Assembly (NCBI GenBank): GCA_038145405.1
Contig: JAYQPQ010000002.1
Span: 6,535-70,534, forward strand
Direction: 5' to 3'
Length of the DNA stretch: 64,000 nt
Source of the DNA: Porticoccaceae bacterium
GTDB lineage: Bacteria; Pseudomonadota; Gammaproteobacteria; Pseudomonadales; GM7GCV1
In this document: in pieces, positions 50,461 through 59,536 of the stretch
How the letters are laid out: the number at the start of each line of letters is the position of its first letter
Numbering within the stretch: position 1 is the stretch's first letter
Position numbers and translations under genes: made by a program
Notes under the pieces: generated by a model
The model's database searches: none
Seen by the model: only the letters and a program-made list of their open reading frames with translations
What the model was told of the DNA's origin: nothing

Positions 50461-50982
50461 GTGAACCGAATTATTCAGCTTGTTGATAGCGCCAATGATT
50501 GGCTTGCGCGCCTGCTTGGTTGGGCGTTGATTGCCATGGTCTTAACCACCTGCGTACTAGTGCTACTGCGCTACCTGGCGAACGCTGGCAACCTGGTATT
50601 TCTGCAGGAGCTGATCATTTACCTGCACGCCACTTCCTTTATGCTCGGCGCGGCCTGGGTGCTCAAATGCGACAACCACGTGCGGGTGGATGTGTTCTAC
50701 CGCCGCGCCTCCGCGCGTCGAAAGGCATGGGTCAATGCACTGGGTAACCTGGTCTTTCTGATGCCGCTGGCGGTCTTCCTGCTGCTGTCGAGCCACTCCT
50801 TTGTGGCGCGCTCCTGGCAGTTTATGGAAGCCTCACCCGAGCCGGGCGGCATTCCGGCCGTGTTCCTCCTGAAAAGCCTGATACCGGCCATGGCGTTGCT
50901 GCTCCTGCTGCAGGGCGCGGTCGAACTGGCGCGCTCGGCGCTGACCCTGATAGACGCTGCATCGGAGCACGAAGATGGTTGA
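50461..50982 (+). CDS. TRAP transporter small permease subunit (DctQ-like)
   Basis: 173 aa with four TM helices. GTG start preceded by GAGGGGGG. 8-nt overlap with the large permease. Confidence 0.85.
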   Translation: MNRIIQLVDSANDWLARLLGWALIAMVLTTCVLVLLRYLANAGNLVFLQELIIYLHATSFMLGAAWVLKCDNHVRVDVFYRRASARRKAWVNALGNLVFLMPLAVFLLLSSHSFVARSWQFMEASPEPGGIPAVFLLKSLIPAMALLLLLQGAVELARSALTLIDAASEHEDG

Positions 50983-52339
50983 ATTCGTCCCCCTGCTGAT
51001 GTTTCTGACGGTATGCCTTGCCCTGATGCTGGGCTATCCGGTGGCCTTCACCCTGGGTGGCACGGCGCTTCTGTTTGCCGGTCTCGGAATCGTCGCCGGG
51101 GTCTTTGACCCGGCCCTGCTCCTGGCCATGCCAGATCGCATCTTCGGCATCATGATCAACGAGTCGCTGACCGCCGTACCGCTGTTTGTCTTTATGGGCG
51201 TTACCATGGAGAAGTCGCGCATCGCGGAAGCCCTGCTGGAGAACATGGCGCGCCTGTTCCGCGGCCTGCCGGCCGGGCTCGGCATCTCGGTGGTTTTTGT
51301 CGGCATGCTGCTGGCGGCCAGTACCGGCATCGTCGGCGCCACTGTGGTCGCCATGGGTCTGATGTCGCTGCCGACTATGCTCAAGCGCGGCTACGATCCC
51401 AGCCTGGCGACAGGCACCATCTGTGCCACCGGCACCCTGGGGCAGATCATTCCTCCTTCCATTACCCTGATTTTGCTTGGCGAGGTGATTTCCAACGCCT
51501 ACCAGCAAGCCCAGTTGGCCAGCGGCAGGTTCCAGACGGATACGGTGTCCATCGGCGACCTTTTCGCCGGCGCCTTTATCCCCGGGTTGATCCTGGTGGT
51601 GGCTTACGCGGTCTACCTGCTGCTGACGGGCATATTGAAGCCCCAATCGGCGCCGCGTATGGAGGAGAGCGCAGCACTGGATTGGCGCGATGTCGTTCTC
51701 AGTCTGTTGCCGCCGCTCATTTTGATTGTGGTGGTGCTGGGCTCGATCCTGGCTGGCATTGCCACCCCTTCGGAAGCCGCCGGTGTCGGCGCCCTGGGCT
51801 CCCTCATCATGGCCGCGTTGAAGCGCCAACTGAATCTGAATATCCTGCGTCAGGTGTCGCGCGAGACGCTCTCTACTACCGGCATGATCTTCCTTATTCT
51901 CATTGGTGCGTCGGTATTTTCGCTGGTGTTCCGCGGCTTTGGCGGCGAGATGCTGGTGCGGGATATTTTTGATCAGCTGCCAGGCGGCACCCTGGGTGCG
52001 CTGGCACTGGTGATGCTGGTGATTTTTCTACTTGGCTTTATTCTCGACTTTATCGAGATCACCTTCGTGGTGGTGCCCATCGTCGGTCCGGTGCTGCTGG
52101 CTATGGGCGTCGACCCCATCTGGCTGGGCGTCATGATCGCGCTCAACCTGCAAACCTCATTCCTGACACCACCCTTCGGTTTTGCGCTGTTTTATCTCCG
52201 GGCGGTGGCGCCGCCGGAAATTGAGACCATGCATATCTACCGCGGCGTGATTCCCTTTATCCTGATCCAGCTGGCAACACTGGTCGCGCTGATTCTCTGG
52301 CCCGCCCTGGCGACCTGGCTACCCGGCATCCTGGGTTAG
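50975..52339 (+). CDS. TRAP transporter large permease subunit (DctM-like)
   Basis: 454-aa polytopic protein. The N-terminus MVEFVPLLMFLTVCLALMLGYPVAFTLGG is typical of DctM-type permeases. Confidence 0.9.
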   Translation: MVEFVPLLMFLTVCLALMLGYPVAFTLGGTALLFAGLGIVAGVFDPALLLAMPDRIFGIMINESLTAVPLFVFMGVTMEKSRIAEALLENMARLFRGLPAGLGISVVFVGMLLAASTGIVGATVVAMGLMSLPTMLKRGYDPSLATGTICATGTLGQIIPPSITLILLGEVISNAYQQAQLASGRFQTDTVSIGDLFAGAFIPGLILVVAYAVYLLLTGILKPQSAPRMEESAALDWRDVVLSLLPPLILIVVVLGSILAGIATPSEAAGVGALGSLIMAALKRQLNLNILRQVSRETLSTTGMIFLILIGASVFSLVFRGFGGEMLVRDIFDQLPGGTLGALALVMLVIFLLGFILDFIEITFVVVPIVGPVLLAMGVDPIWLGVMIALNLQTSFLTPPFGFALFYLRAVAPPEIETMHIYRGVIPFILIQLATLVALILWPALATWLPGILG

Positions 52340-53466
52340 CGCAGGTTGTACATGGCCTGCTCGGAAATGCGATGCCAGGGCGTGACCTGCTGCTGAAACT
52401 CCCGGTAACTCTGGTAAATGCGCGCAAAGTCGGCATCGCTAGCGGCCTGTTCGGCGTAATAAGTTTCAGCGGTTTCGCGCAGCCAGTCGATGACGCTGTC
52501 CGGCAGCGGCTGGGGCACGATCCCGGATTCCGCCAGTTCGGCCAGGGCGACCGCGTTACCCATGGTGTACTCGTCGAGCATATCGCCGTTGACGGCGCGT
52601 GCGGCAACCTGAACGATGGCCTGCAGATCGGCCGGCAGCCGGTTCCAGGCATCCAGATTGATCAGAAATTCCAGCATCGAACCGGGTTCGTGCCAACCGG
52701 GGTAGTAGTAGTTGCGGCCCACTTCCTGCAGGCCGAAGGCGCGATCGTTGTAGGGTCCCACCCACTCGGTGGCGTCGATCACGCCGGTCTGCATGGACGA
52801 ATAGATATCGGCACCGGCCAGATTAAGAGCTGTGCCTCCGGCTTCCGAAAACACCTCGCCTGCCAAACCCGGGATGCGCATTTTGAGTCCGCGCAGGTCG
52901 GCAATACTGTTGACCTCGCGGTTGAACCAGCCCGCCATCTGCACGCCGGTGTTGCCGCCAGGCAGGGGCAGAACGTCGTAGGGTCGGTAAATCTCCTGCC
53001 AAAGTTCGAGCCCGCCGCCGTAGTAAATCCAGGCGTTCATTTCCTGCGCGTTCATGCCAAAAGGAATGCTGGAGAAGAAGGGTGCGCTGGGGATCTTGCC
53101 CTTGATGTAGTAGGCGCCGGAGTGGCCCATTTCCACGCTGCCGGATGAAACGGCGTCGAAGACGCCCAGTGCGGGAACCAACTCGCCGCCGCCGTAAACT
53201 TCGATCTGCAGACGCGCTGCCGACATGCGCTCGACCATCTCGGCAAATTTTTCCGGGCCCGCACCCAGTCCGGGAAAGTTTTTCGGCCAGGCTGTCACCA
53301 TGCGCCAATGGAACTGGGTCCCGGCCTGGCTGCCATCGGCGATGACCACCGCCCCACTGCGATCAAAATGCGCCGCTTTTTCGGCGACGAAGAGACCGCT
53401 GACCAATACCAGCAGCGCCACCAGGCCGAGAATGACCAAGGGTGTGTAGGATCGATCAGTAGGCAT
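52336..53466 (-). CDS. TRAP transporter substrate-binding protein (DctP family) with N-terminal hydrophobic anchor
   Basis: WRMVTAWPKNFPGLG...VFDAVSSGSVEMGHSGAYY...FFSSIPFGM pattern of DctP-type binding proteins. ATG 53466 (MPTDRSYTPLVILGLVALLVLV). Confidence 0.88.
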   Translation of the reverse strand: MPTDRSYTPLVILGLVALLVLVSGLFVAEKAAHFDRSGAVVIADGSQAGTQFHWRMVTAWPKNFPGLGAGPEKFAEMVERMSAARLQIEVYGGGELVPALGVFDAVSSGSVEMGHSGAYYIKGKIPSAPFFSSIPFGMNAQEMNAWIYYGGGLELWQEIYRPYDVLPLPGGNTGVQMAGWFNREVNSIADLRGLKMRIPGLAGEVFSEAGGTALNLAGADIYSSMQTGVIDATEWVGPYNDRAFGLQEVGRNYYYPGWHEPGSMLEFLINLDAWNRLPADLQAIVQVAARAVNGDMLDEYTMGNAVALAELAESGIVPQPLPDSVIDWLRETAETYYAEQAASDADFARIYQSYREFQQQVTPWHRISEQAMYNLR

Positions 53467-53517
53467 AGTCCCCCCGCTGCAGATTTTTGTGCAGTCTACT
53501 CCATCTGCCTTCGACAA

Positions 53518-55692
53518 TCAGGCCTGCTGCAGACGAGCATAGGACAGCACCAGCCACTTACTGCCGGCCTGGTCAAAATTGACCTGTACCCGGGCGTGAG
53601 CGCCCTGCCCCTCGAAGCTCAAAATGACGCCCGGGCCAAAACTGGGGTGCAACACGCGTTGACCCAAGGCAAAGCCGGTGGCAGTGCCCGGATCGCTGGT
53701 GCTAAAACGCCGCGATGCCGTGCCTGGCCGCGACAGAGGAGCAGGGCGCGGCGCGATCTGCACGCGTACTTCTTCCCGCAATTCAGCCGGAATATCCCGC
53801 ACGAATCGCGATATGCCGTTGTACCTTTCGTCGCCATGCAGTCGCCGCGATTCGGCATAGGTCAGCACCAGTTTTCTCATGGCGCGGGTGATGCCCACAT
53901 AGCAGAGACGGCGTTCTTCTTCGAGACGGCCCGGCTCATCCGCTGACATCGAATGGGGAAAGAGGTTTTCCTCCATCCCGGCCATGATCACCAGCGGAAA
54001 CTCCAAGCCCTTGGCCGAGTGGAAGGTCATCATCTGCACCGCGTCCTCGTGCGCTTCTGCCTGCTGCTCGCCCGCTTCCAGAGTGGCCTGCGCCAGGAAC
54101 TGCGGCAGCACTAGCTCCTCAGTATTTTCCGGTTCAAAGGATTTACAGGCGCTGACCAGTTCGAACAGGTTGTCCACGCGCGCCTGACCTCGCTCGCCTT
54201 TTTCTGCACGATGGAATTCCAGCAGACCGGTGCTGTTGAGCAAATGGTCGACGCCTTCGTGCAAGCTCAGGGACGCAAGATCCTGCTCGAGCTGATTGAC
54301 CAGCTGCAGAAAACCATAAAGCGCGTTGGCCGCGCGCGCTGCCAGGGCACCGGAATCGATCAGCTGCAGGGCGGCCTGCCACAAGGACATACGCCGCTCG
54401 CGCGCGAGACTGCGCACCTCGTCGATGGTCTTGTTACCAATGCCGCGCGTCGGTGTGTTGACTACGCGTTCAAAGCCTTGGTCGTCGTTGCGATTGACCA
54501 CCAGACGCAAATAGCCCAGGGCATTCTTGATTTCCAGACGCTCGTAGAAACGCTGCCCACCATAGATGCGATAGGGTATCTGCAGGCGCAGCAGGGATTC
54601 CTCGATCACCCGCGACTGGGCGTTGGATCGATAAAGAATGGCCATTTCCGAGCGATTGGTACCCGCTTCAAAGGCGCGCTGCAGGGTGTCGGCGATAAAG
54701 CGCGCTTCGTCCTGTTCGTTGAACGCCGCATAGAGCGCAATGGGCTCGCCATGCGGCAGATCGGTCCAGAGATTCTTGCCAAGCCGTTCGGCGTTGCGCG
54801 AGATGACCGCGTTGGCAGCCTGCAGAATGGTGCCGGTAGAGCGGTAATTCTGCTCCAGTCGGACAGTGACGGTGTCCGCGTGGGCACGGGCAAATTCGCG
54901 AATATTTTCTACGCGCGCTCCACGCCAGCCGTAAATGGACTGGTCGTCGTCTCCCACAACCGTGAGGGCCGCGCTGTTTCCCGCCAGCAATTTTAGCCAG
55001 GCGTACTGGATATGGTTGGTATCCTGAAATTCGTCGACCAGAATATGGCGGAACTGACGACGGTAGTGTGCCAACAAATTTTCGTCGTCGCGCAACAGCT
55101 CGAAACAGCGCAGCAACAGTTCACCAAAGTCGACCACGCCCTGGGCGCGGCAGTAGTCCTCATAGGCTTGGTAGATACGCCCCTGGGTGGCGGCGAAGGG
55201 ATCGCTGTCGGTCCGGCATTGGGCCGCTCGCTCCCCTTCATCCTTGCGCGCATTGATAAACCACTGGGCCTGACGCGGCGACCAGCGCGTGTCGTCCAGG
55301 CCCAATCCCAGGATGACCCGCTTGATCAAGCGCTGCTGATCATCGGCATCGATGATCTGAAAGTGTTGCGGCAAACCGGCCTCGGCATGATGCTGACTGA
55401 GCAGACGATGGGCCAGTCCGTGAAAGGTGCCTACCCACGTGCCACGGGTCGGAATGCCGAGCATGGCTTCGATGCGTTCGCGCATTTCCCGCGCCGCCTT
55501 ATTGGTAAAGGTCACCGCCAGGATGGCGTAGGGCGACAGACGCTCGACATCGAGCAGCCAGGCAATGCGATGCACCAGCACGCGCGTCTTGCCGCTACCG
55601 GCTCCGGCCAGCACCAGTAGGTGGGGTGATTCACAAGTGACAGCTTCCCGCTGGGCAGGATTCAAGGCGTCGAGAATGGGGGTAATATCCAA
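53518..55692 (-). CDS. uvrD: DNA helicase II (UvrD)
   Basis: LNPAQREAV...LVLAGAGSGKTRVL (Walker A), ILVDEFQDTN, and VMTFHSAKGLEFPLV...RRLCYVGITRA. TTG 55692 (MDITPILDALN) is the likely start. The ORF-track start is 55737. Confidence 0.93.
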   Translation of the reverse strand: MDITPILDALNPAQREAVTCESPHLLVLAGAGSGKTRVLVHRIAWLLDVERLSPYAILAVTFTNKAAREMRERIEAMLGIPTRGTWVGTFHGLAHRLLSQHHAEAGLPQHFQIIDADDQQRLIKRVILGLGLDDTRWSPRQAQWFINARKDEGERAAQCRTDSDPFAATQGRIYQAYEDYCRAQGVVDFGELLLRCFELLRDDENLLAHYRRQFRHILVDEFQDTNHIQYAWLKLLAGNSAALTVVGDDDQSIYGWRGARVENIREFARAHADTVTVRLEQNYRSTGTILQAANAVISRNAERLGKNLWTDLPHGEPIALYAAFNEQDEARFIADTLQRAFEAGTNRSEMAILYRSNAQSRVIEESLLRLQIPYRIYGGQRFYERLEIKNALGYLRLVVNRNDDQGFERVVNTPTRGIGNKTIDEVRSLARERRMSLWQAALQLIDSGALAARAANALYGFLQLVNQLEQDLASLSLHEGVDHLLNSTGLLEFHRAEKGERGQARVDNLFELVSACKSFEPENTEELVLPQFLAQATLEAGEQQAEAHEDAVQMMTFHSAKGLEFPLVIMAGMEENLFPHSMSADEPGRLEEERRLCYVGITRAMRKLVLTYAESRRLHGDERYNGISRFVRDIPAELREEVRVQIAPRPAPLSRPGTASRRFSTSDPGTATGFALGQRVLHPSFGPGVILSFEGQGAHARVQVNFDQAGSKWLVLSYARLQQA

Positions 55693-55756
55693 AAGGCTTC
55701 CAATCAAAAAATAACGTACCGGGCGGACAGACGCCACCCGGACTTAAAGCGTCAAA

Positions 55757-56020
55757 CTAGATACCCATGCGCGCCAGGGTATCGCCGATCTCGCGCAAGA
55801 TGGGGGTCAAGCTGGGATGGCGCACAGCGAACTCAGCGGCCAGCTGATCCATGCGCTGTGTCAGCGACTCACCGGGTTTCGACTCGTCCTCATGCACCAG
55901 GCGATGAATGTCTTCGTCCAGCTGCGCCACCAGTTCGACCAGATCCGCATCCAGATGTTCGGTCGCGTTCAGCTCAGCGTGCAACCGCTTGAGCGAATCC
56001 TTCAGCGCGTCTTTTTCCAT
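55757..56020 (-). CDS. small helical protein, DUF4404-like
   Basis: 87-aa acidic helical ORF (LKRLHAELNATEHLDADLVELVAQLDEDIHRLV). Family assignment by memory only. Confidence 0.55.
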   Translation of the reverse strand: MEKDALKDSLKRLHAELNATEHLDADLVELVAQLDEDIHRLVHEDESKPGESLTQRMDQLAAEFAVRHPSLTPILREIGDTLARMGI

Positions 56021-56089
56021 GCCGGAGTCTCCCGAAAGGCCTGTCAGTCGGTCACCATTATAGCGCTCCGTCCGGCTCTCTGGTCCTCT

Positions 56090-59000
56090 CTAGTCGCGCT
56101 CGATCTCGTAAATGAGATCCATGCTCTGAGAGTTGCCGGAGCGTGCCTTAAGACGCAGCTGATTACTGATTCGATATTCGAGCTGTACGCTGCTGGACGA
56201 CTCAAACAATCCCTGCGCCCACTCGACATACAGGCGCGGCAGCAGGTAGGTACCGGCGACGATGGATTGGCCGTTTTCCGCATCGTTGCGCACGCCAAAT
56301 TCGCTCAGTCCAAAATTTTTCTCGAGGCGATCGGCAATGGATGCGCCCCCTACGATGCCCAGTTGAGTCACGGCATCGAGCAGGGTCGGCGCTTCGCTGG
56401 CCGCCATGGTCTCGAGTTTCTGGCCGGTGAGCAGCACCGCCAGAATGTCGCTTTGCGCCATCACCGGCGTCGAGTACAGCGTGGGGGTCGGCTCCTGGGC
56501 GGTGCCGCCCAGATGTATACCCACCAGGTAGTCGGGGTAGCTCTGCTCGGCGTCGATATCCAGCGCGGGGTTGTCCAGCTCGCCCTGAAACACCATGCGG
56601 CCGCGGCGCATCTCCAGGGTGCGACTATAGGCCTGGTATTCGCCTTCGAGTAGCTCGATGGCGCCAAAGGTGCGCAGTGGGTCGCCGCTCTGCTGACTCA
56701 GTTCCATGGTGCCGGCTACCCGGGTGCTGAGACCAAAGCCTTCAAAGCGAACGCGGGAACCCGGCTCGATCTGCACGTCAATCTGTCGTTGCAAGCGACG
56801 CTCCTTCGGCCCGGCGCTGTCACCCACAATGATTTCGTCCTCCGACACCCGCACTCCGCCAGCCGGCAGCACACGCACGCGGGCAAGGGCTTCGGGGACA
56901 CCCAGTCGACCCGCTACCTGCAACTGGGTCGAATTCAGCAGGAGCTCGAGCTGCGGATCGACGCGCAGGCGCAGGTCTGAGCGATCCAGGGCGAGAAAAT
57001 TGCTGCCCTCAACTTGTACAGCGACTTCCAGCGACTGCAGAGAAGCAGCTGTCAGGGTACCCGACATCCGCAGTTCGCCGCCTCCCGAAGTGACACTGGC
57101 CAGCAGAGCGATGCGATTCTGATCGTCGGTGCTGACGCGCAGGTTAATGGCGTCTAGTTCGATGCCCGCCTGGGGCAGAATAAAACGGCCATTCTCCAGG
57201 GCCCCGGCCAGACGGAAGGCTGGGTTTTGCCAGGGCCCGCTGGTTTGCAGCTCGAGATTCAAGCCGCCGCCGATGCCATCCAGTTGCGGAAAGACAGCTT
57301 CCAGCCACTGGATGGACGAAAAATCGAACAGCGCGCGCGACACCAGCTCGGGCGTCGTCTCAGCAAAATCGATCTGGCCCTGCCATTGGGCGCGACCGGT
57401 TTCGCCCAGTTCCACCAGGGCGGAGCCCTCCAGCCGTTGGTAAGTGACCTGCGCCTGCAGGCTGAGCGCGCGATAGACCACGGGATCCGGAATCTGGTCC
57501 TGACCGAGCACCACCAGGCTGCCGACTTCGCTGTACAGATCTGCCCGCAGATCGGGATAGCCCGAGCCGGTATCCAGAGACAGATTGCCATTGAGCTGGC
57601 CCTCAAGGCGCAACGGCAAGGGCGACAGATATTCGAGGAAGTTCAGCGGCAAATTGTCGAGATGCAACTCGGCCAGAATCCGGCTACCGGGCCGAATGTC
57701 CGCCTCACCACAGAGGCTGGCCTGGGTCGACAGCCAGCATCCGGAGCGCAGGCTCCACCCGTTGTCCAGCTGATCCAGCTGCAGGCCTTGCTCCAGGCGC
57801 CAGTTGCCCAGGGGTTCCGGGCTGAGCAGATCGAGCTGGTCGAGCTGCAGCTGCCACAAGGGATCGCGGTTTGCCCGTCCCGCCAACTCGAATGCCAATT
57901 CGCCGAGAGCAAGACTGGCATCAAAGCGGACATTGCCGTCGGCCAGGGAGGCTTCCAGGTTGAGGCCGCTGAGCTGGCGCCCACGCACCACTATTTGCGG
58001 CGTCTGCAGGTTCAAAGCATGCCCTTCGGCAGTGGGACGAATCTCCGCCTGCCAGGATTCCAACCTGACCTCGGGTGCAGTCAGGCTGCTGCCTTCCAGC
58101 CGCAGCGACAGGCGCGGCGCGGCATAGCTGCCTTCGAGTGAGCCCGTTGCGCTGAGCGACAGCTGGTCCAGTCCCCCGGGCACATAGGCCGAGGCCAATG
58201 CGGCGAGTTCGGGTCCCTGCAATTGCCAGGACAGCGCTAGATCAGGGTAGAGCCGGCCATTCAGTTGCAGACTGTTGGCGGTCGAACGCAGTTCGACGCC
58301 TGTCGAGCTGAACTGGCCATTCTCAAAGCGCACCGGCCCGCTGGCCACAATGGTCTCGCTGCCCAGTAAGGTCTCGGCCTGTCGAATTTGCACGGTGAGT
58401 TGCAAGCCCTCGGCAAACTGCAGTTCGAGGCCGCTCAAGTCTACCTGCAAAGGAGCTAGGGGTGCAGGCAAGGCCAGATCAGCCACCTGCAGTTGCTCGA
58501 CGTCGATGCGACGACTTTCGGCATCCAGACGCACAGTGGTTGCCGACAGCTCGCCGCGGGCGCTCTCTACGCTCAGCTGATCGAGTACCAGCTGCGGCTG
58601 CTCGAAACGGCCACTGGCGCTGACGCGGGCGTTGCCCAGCCAGGGCAGATTGGTTTGAAACCGCCCCTCGATGTCCAGCACTGCCAGCCCGCCGCGCGTG
58701 GCGAGCTCGACGTCCTCCAGCAGGCCGGCGTCGCCGAGTTGTTGGCGTAAATCCAGTTGCGCGGCGCGGTGCACGCCCTCCACGACCAGGTCTTCGATAT
58801 CCAGATCAGTTGGACGCTCGGGCAGAAACCAGGTCAGGCGCATGCCCGAATCCACCGCATAGGGCGCGGTGAGTTGGTGCTGTATTTGCACATCGGCAAG
58901 GCTGCCCAGCAGGCTGGCACGGCCCCGCCAGGCGGCAGCGTCATATTGCCACTCGACATCCAGACTGAGCGGGTAGGGCGCGGCCAGCACAATTTCGCCG

Positions 59001-59536
59001 GCCAGATGCAGGCTGTCGTCGGGGCGCTGAATGTCGAGCGACTCAAGGAGTAATCGGTTACCGACCACTTCCAGGCCCGCCTCGATCTGATCCACCAGCG
59101 CGCGCTGCTGCAAGCGCACTGCACTTATCGACAGATCGGCCAGTACCAGACGCAGGGGCAGCTGCAGGCGTGGCCATTGAGATTCTGCGGGGTCGCCGTC
59201 GGCCGCCGCATCGGTTTCGATATCCAGCGCGATCAGGCGTAAATGATCCAGCTTCAGGGTGCCAAACCATAGCATCTGCGGCTGCCAGGCAACGTCCAGC
59301 TGCGCGGCGCGCAGACTGAACCCCTCGCCTTCAATTCCGAAGTCGGCAAAATGCATGCCCTGCAATAGATTGCCCTGCATCTCGGAGTAGAGCACCTGCA
59401 CCGGCGCCCGTTGACGCAATTCGGCGAGCAACCAGCGACTGCCGGTTTCCGTGCGCACCAGCAAAAAGAGTCCGAGCGGCAGCGCCACCAGCACCACTAC
59501 CAGCAGAATCAATATGCCGACCAAAAAGCGTTTCAA
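56090..59536 (-). CDS. tamB: translocation and assembly module subunit TamB (DUF490)
   Basis: About 1150 aa. N-terminal signal anchor KRFLVGILILLVVVLVALPLG, long beta-rich body, and a DUF490-like C-terminus (YLLPRLYVEWAQG...LEYRISNQLRLKARSG). TTG 59536 overlaps the tamA TGA (TTGA). Confidence 0.85.
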   Translation of the reverse strand: MKRFLVGILILLVVVLVALPLGLFLLVRTETGSRWLLAELRQRAPVQVLYSEMQGNLLQGMHFADFGIEGEGFSLRAAQLDVAWQPQMLWFGTLKLDHLRLIALDIETDAAADGDPAESQWPRLQLPLRLVLADLSISAVRLQQRALVDQIEAGLEVVGNRLLLESLDIQRPDDSLHLAGEIVLAAPYPLSLDVEWQYDAAAWRGRASLLGSLADVQIQHQLTAPYAVDSGMRLTWFLPERPTDLDIEDLVVEGVHRAAQLDLRQQLGDAGLLEDVELATRGGLAVLDIEGRFQTNLPWLGNARVSASGRFEQPQLVLDQLSVESARGELSATTVRLDAESRRIDVEQLQVADLALPAPLAPLQVDLSGLELQFAEGLQLTVQIRQAETLLGSETIVASGPVRFENGQFSSTGVELRSTANSLQLNGRLYPDLALSWQLQGPELAALASAYVPGGLDQLSLSATGSLEGSYAAPRLSLRLEGSSLTAPEVRLESWQAEIRPTAEGHALNLQTPQIVVRGRQLSGLNLEASLADGNVRFDASLALGELAFELAGRANRDPLWQLQLDQLDLLSPEPLGNWRLEQGLQLDQLDNGWSLRSGCWLSTQASLCGEADIRPGSRILAELHLDNLPLNFLEYLSPLPLRLEGQLNGNLSLDTGSGYPDLRADLYSEVGSLVVLGQDQIPDPVVYRALSLQAQVTYQRLEGSALVELGETGRAQWQGQIDFAETTPELVSRALFDFSSIQWLEAVFPQLDGIGGGLNLELQTSGPWQNPAFRLAGALENGRFILPQAGIELDAINLRVSTDDQNRIALLASVTSGGGELRMSGTLTAASLQSLEVAVQVEGSNFLALDRSDLRLRVDPQLELLLNSTQLQVAGRLGVPEALARVRVLPAGGVRVSEDEIIVGDSAGPKERRLQRQIDVQIEPGSRVRFEGFGLSTRVAGTMELSQQSGDPLRTFGAIELLEGEYQAYSRTLEMRRGRMVFQGELDNPALDIDAEQSYPDYLVGIHLGGTAQEPTPTLYSTPVMAQSDILAVLLTGQKLETMAASEAPTLLDAVTQLGIVGGASIADRLEKNFGLSEFGVRNDAENGQSIVAGTYLLPRLYVEWAQGLFESSSSVQLEYRISNQLRLKARSGNSQSMDLIYEIERD

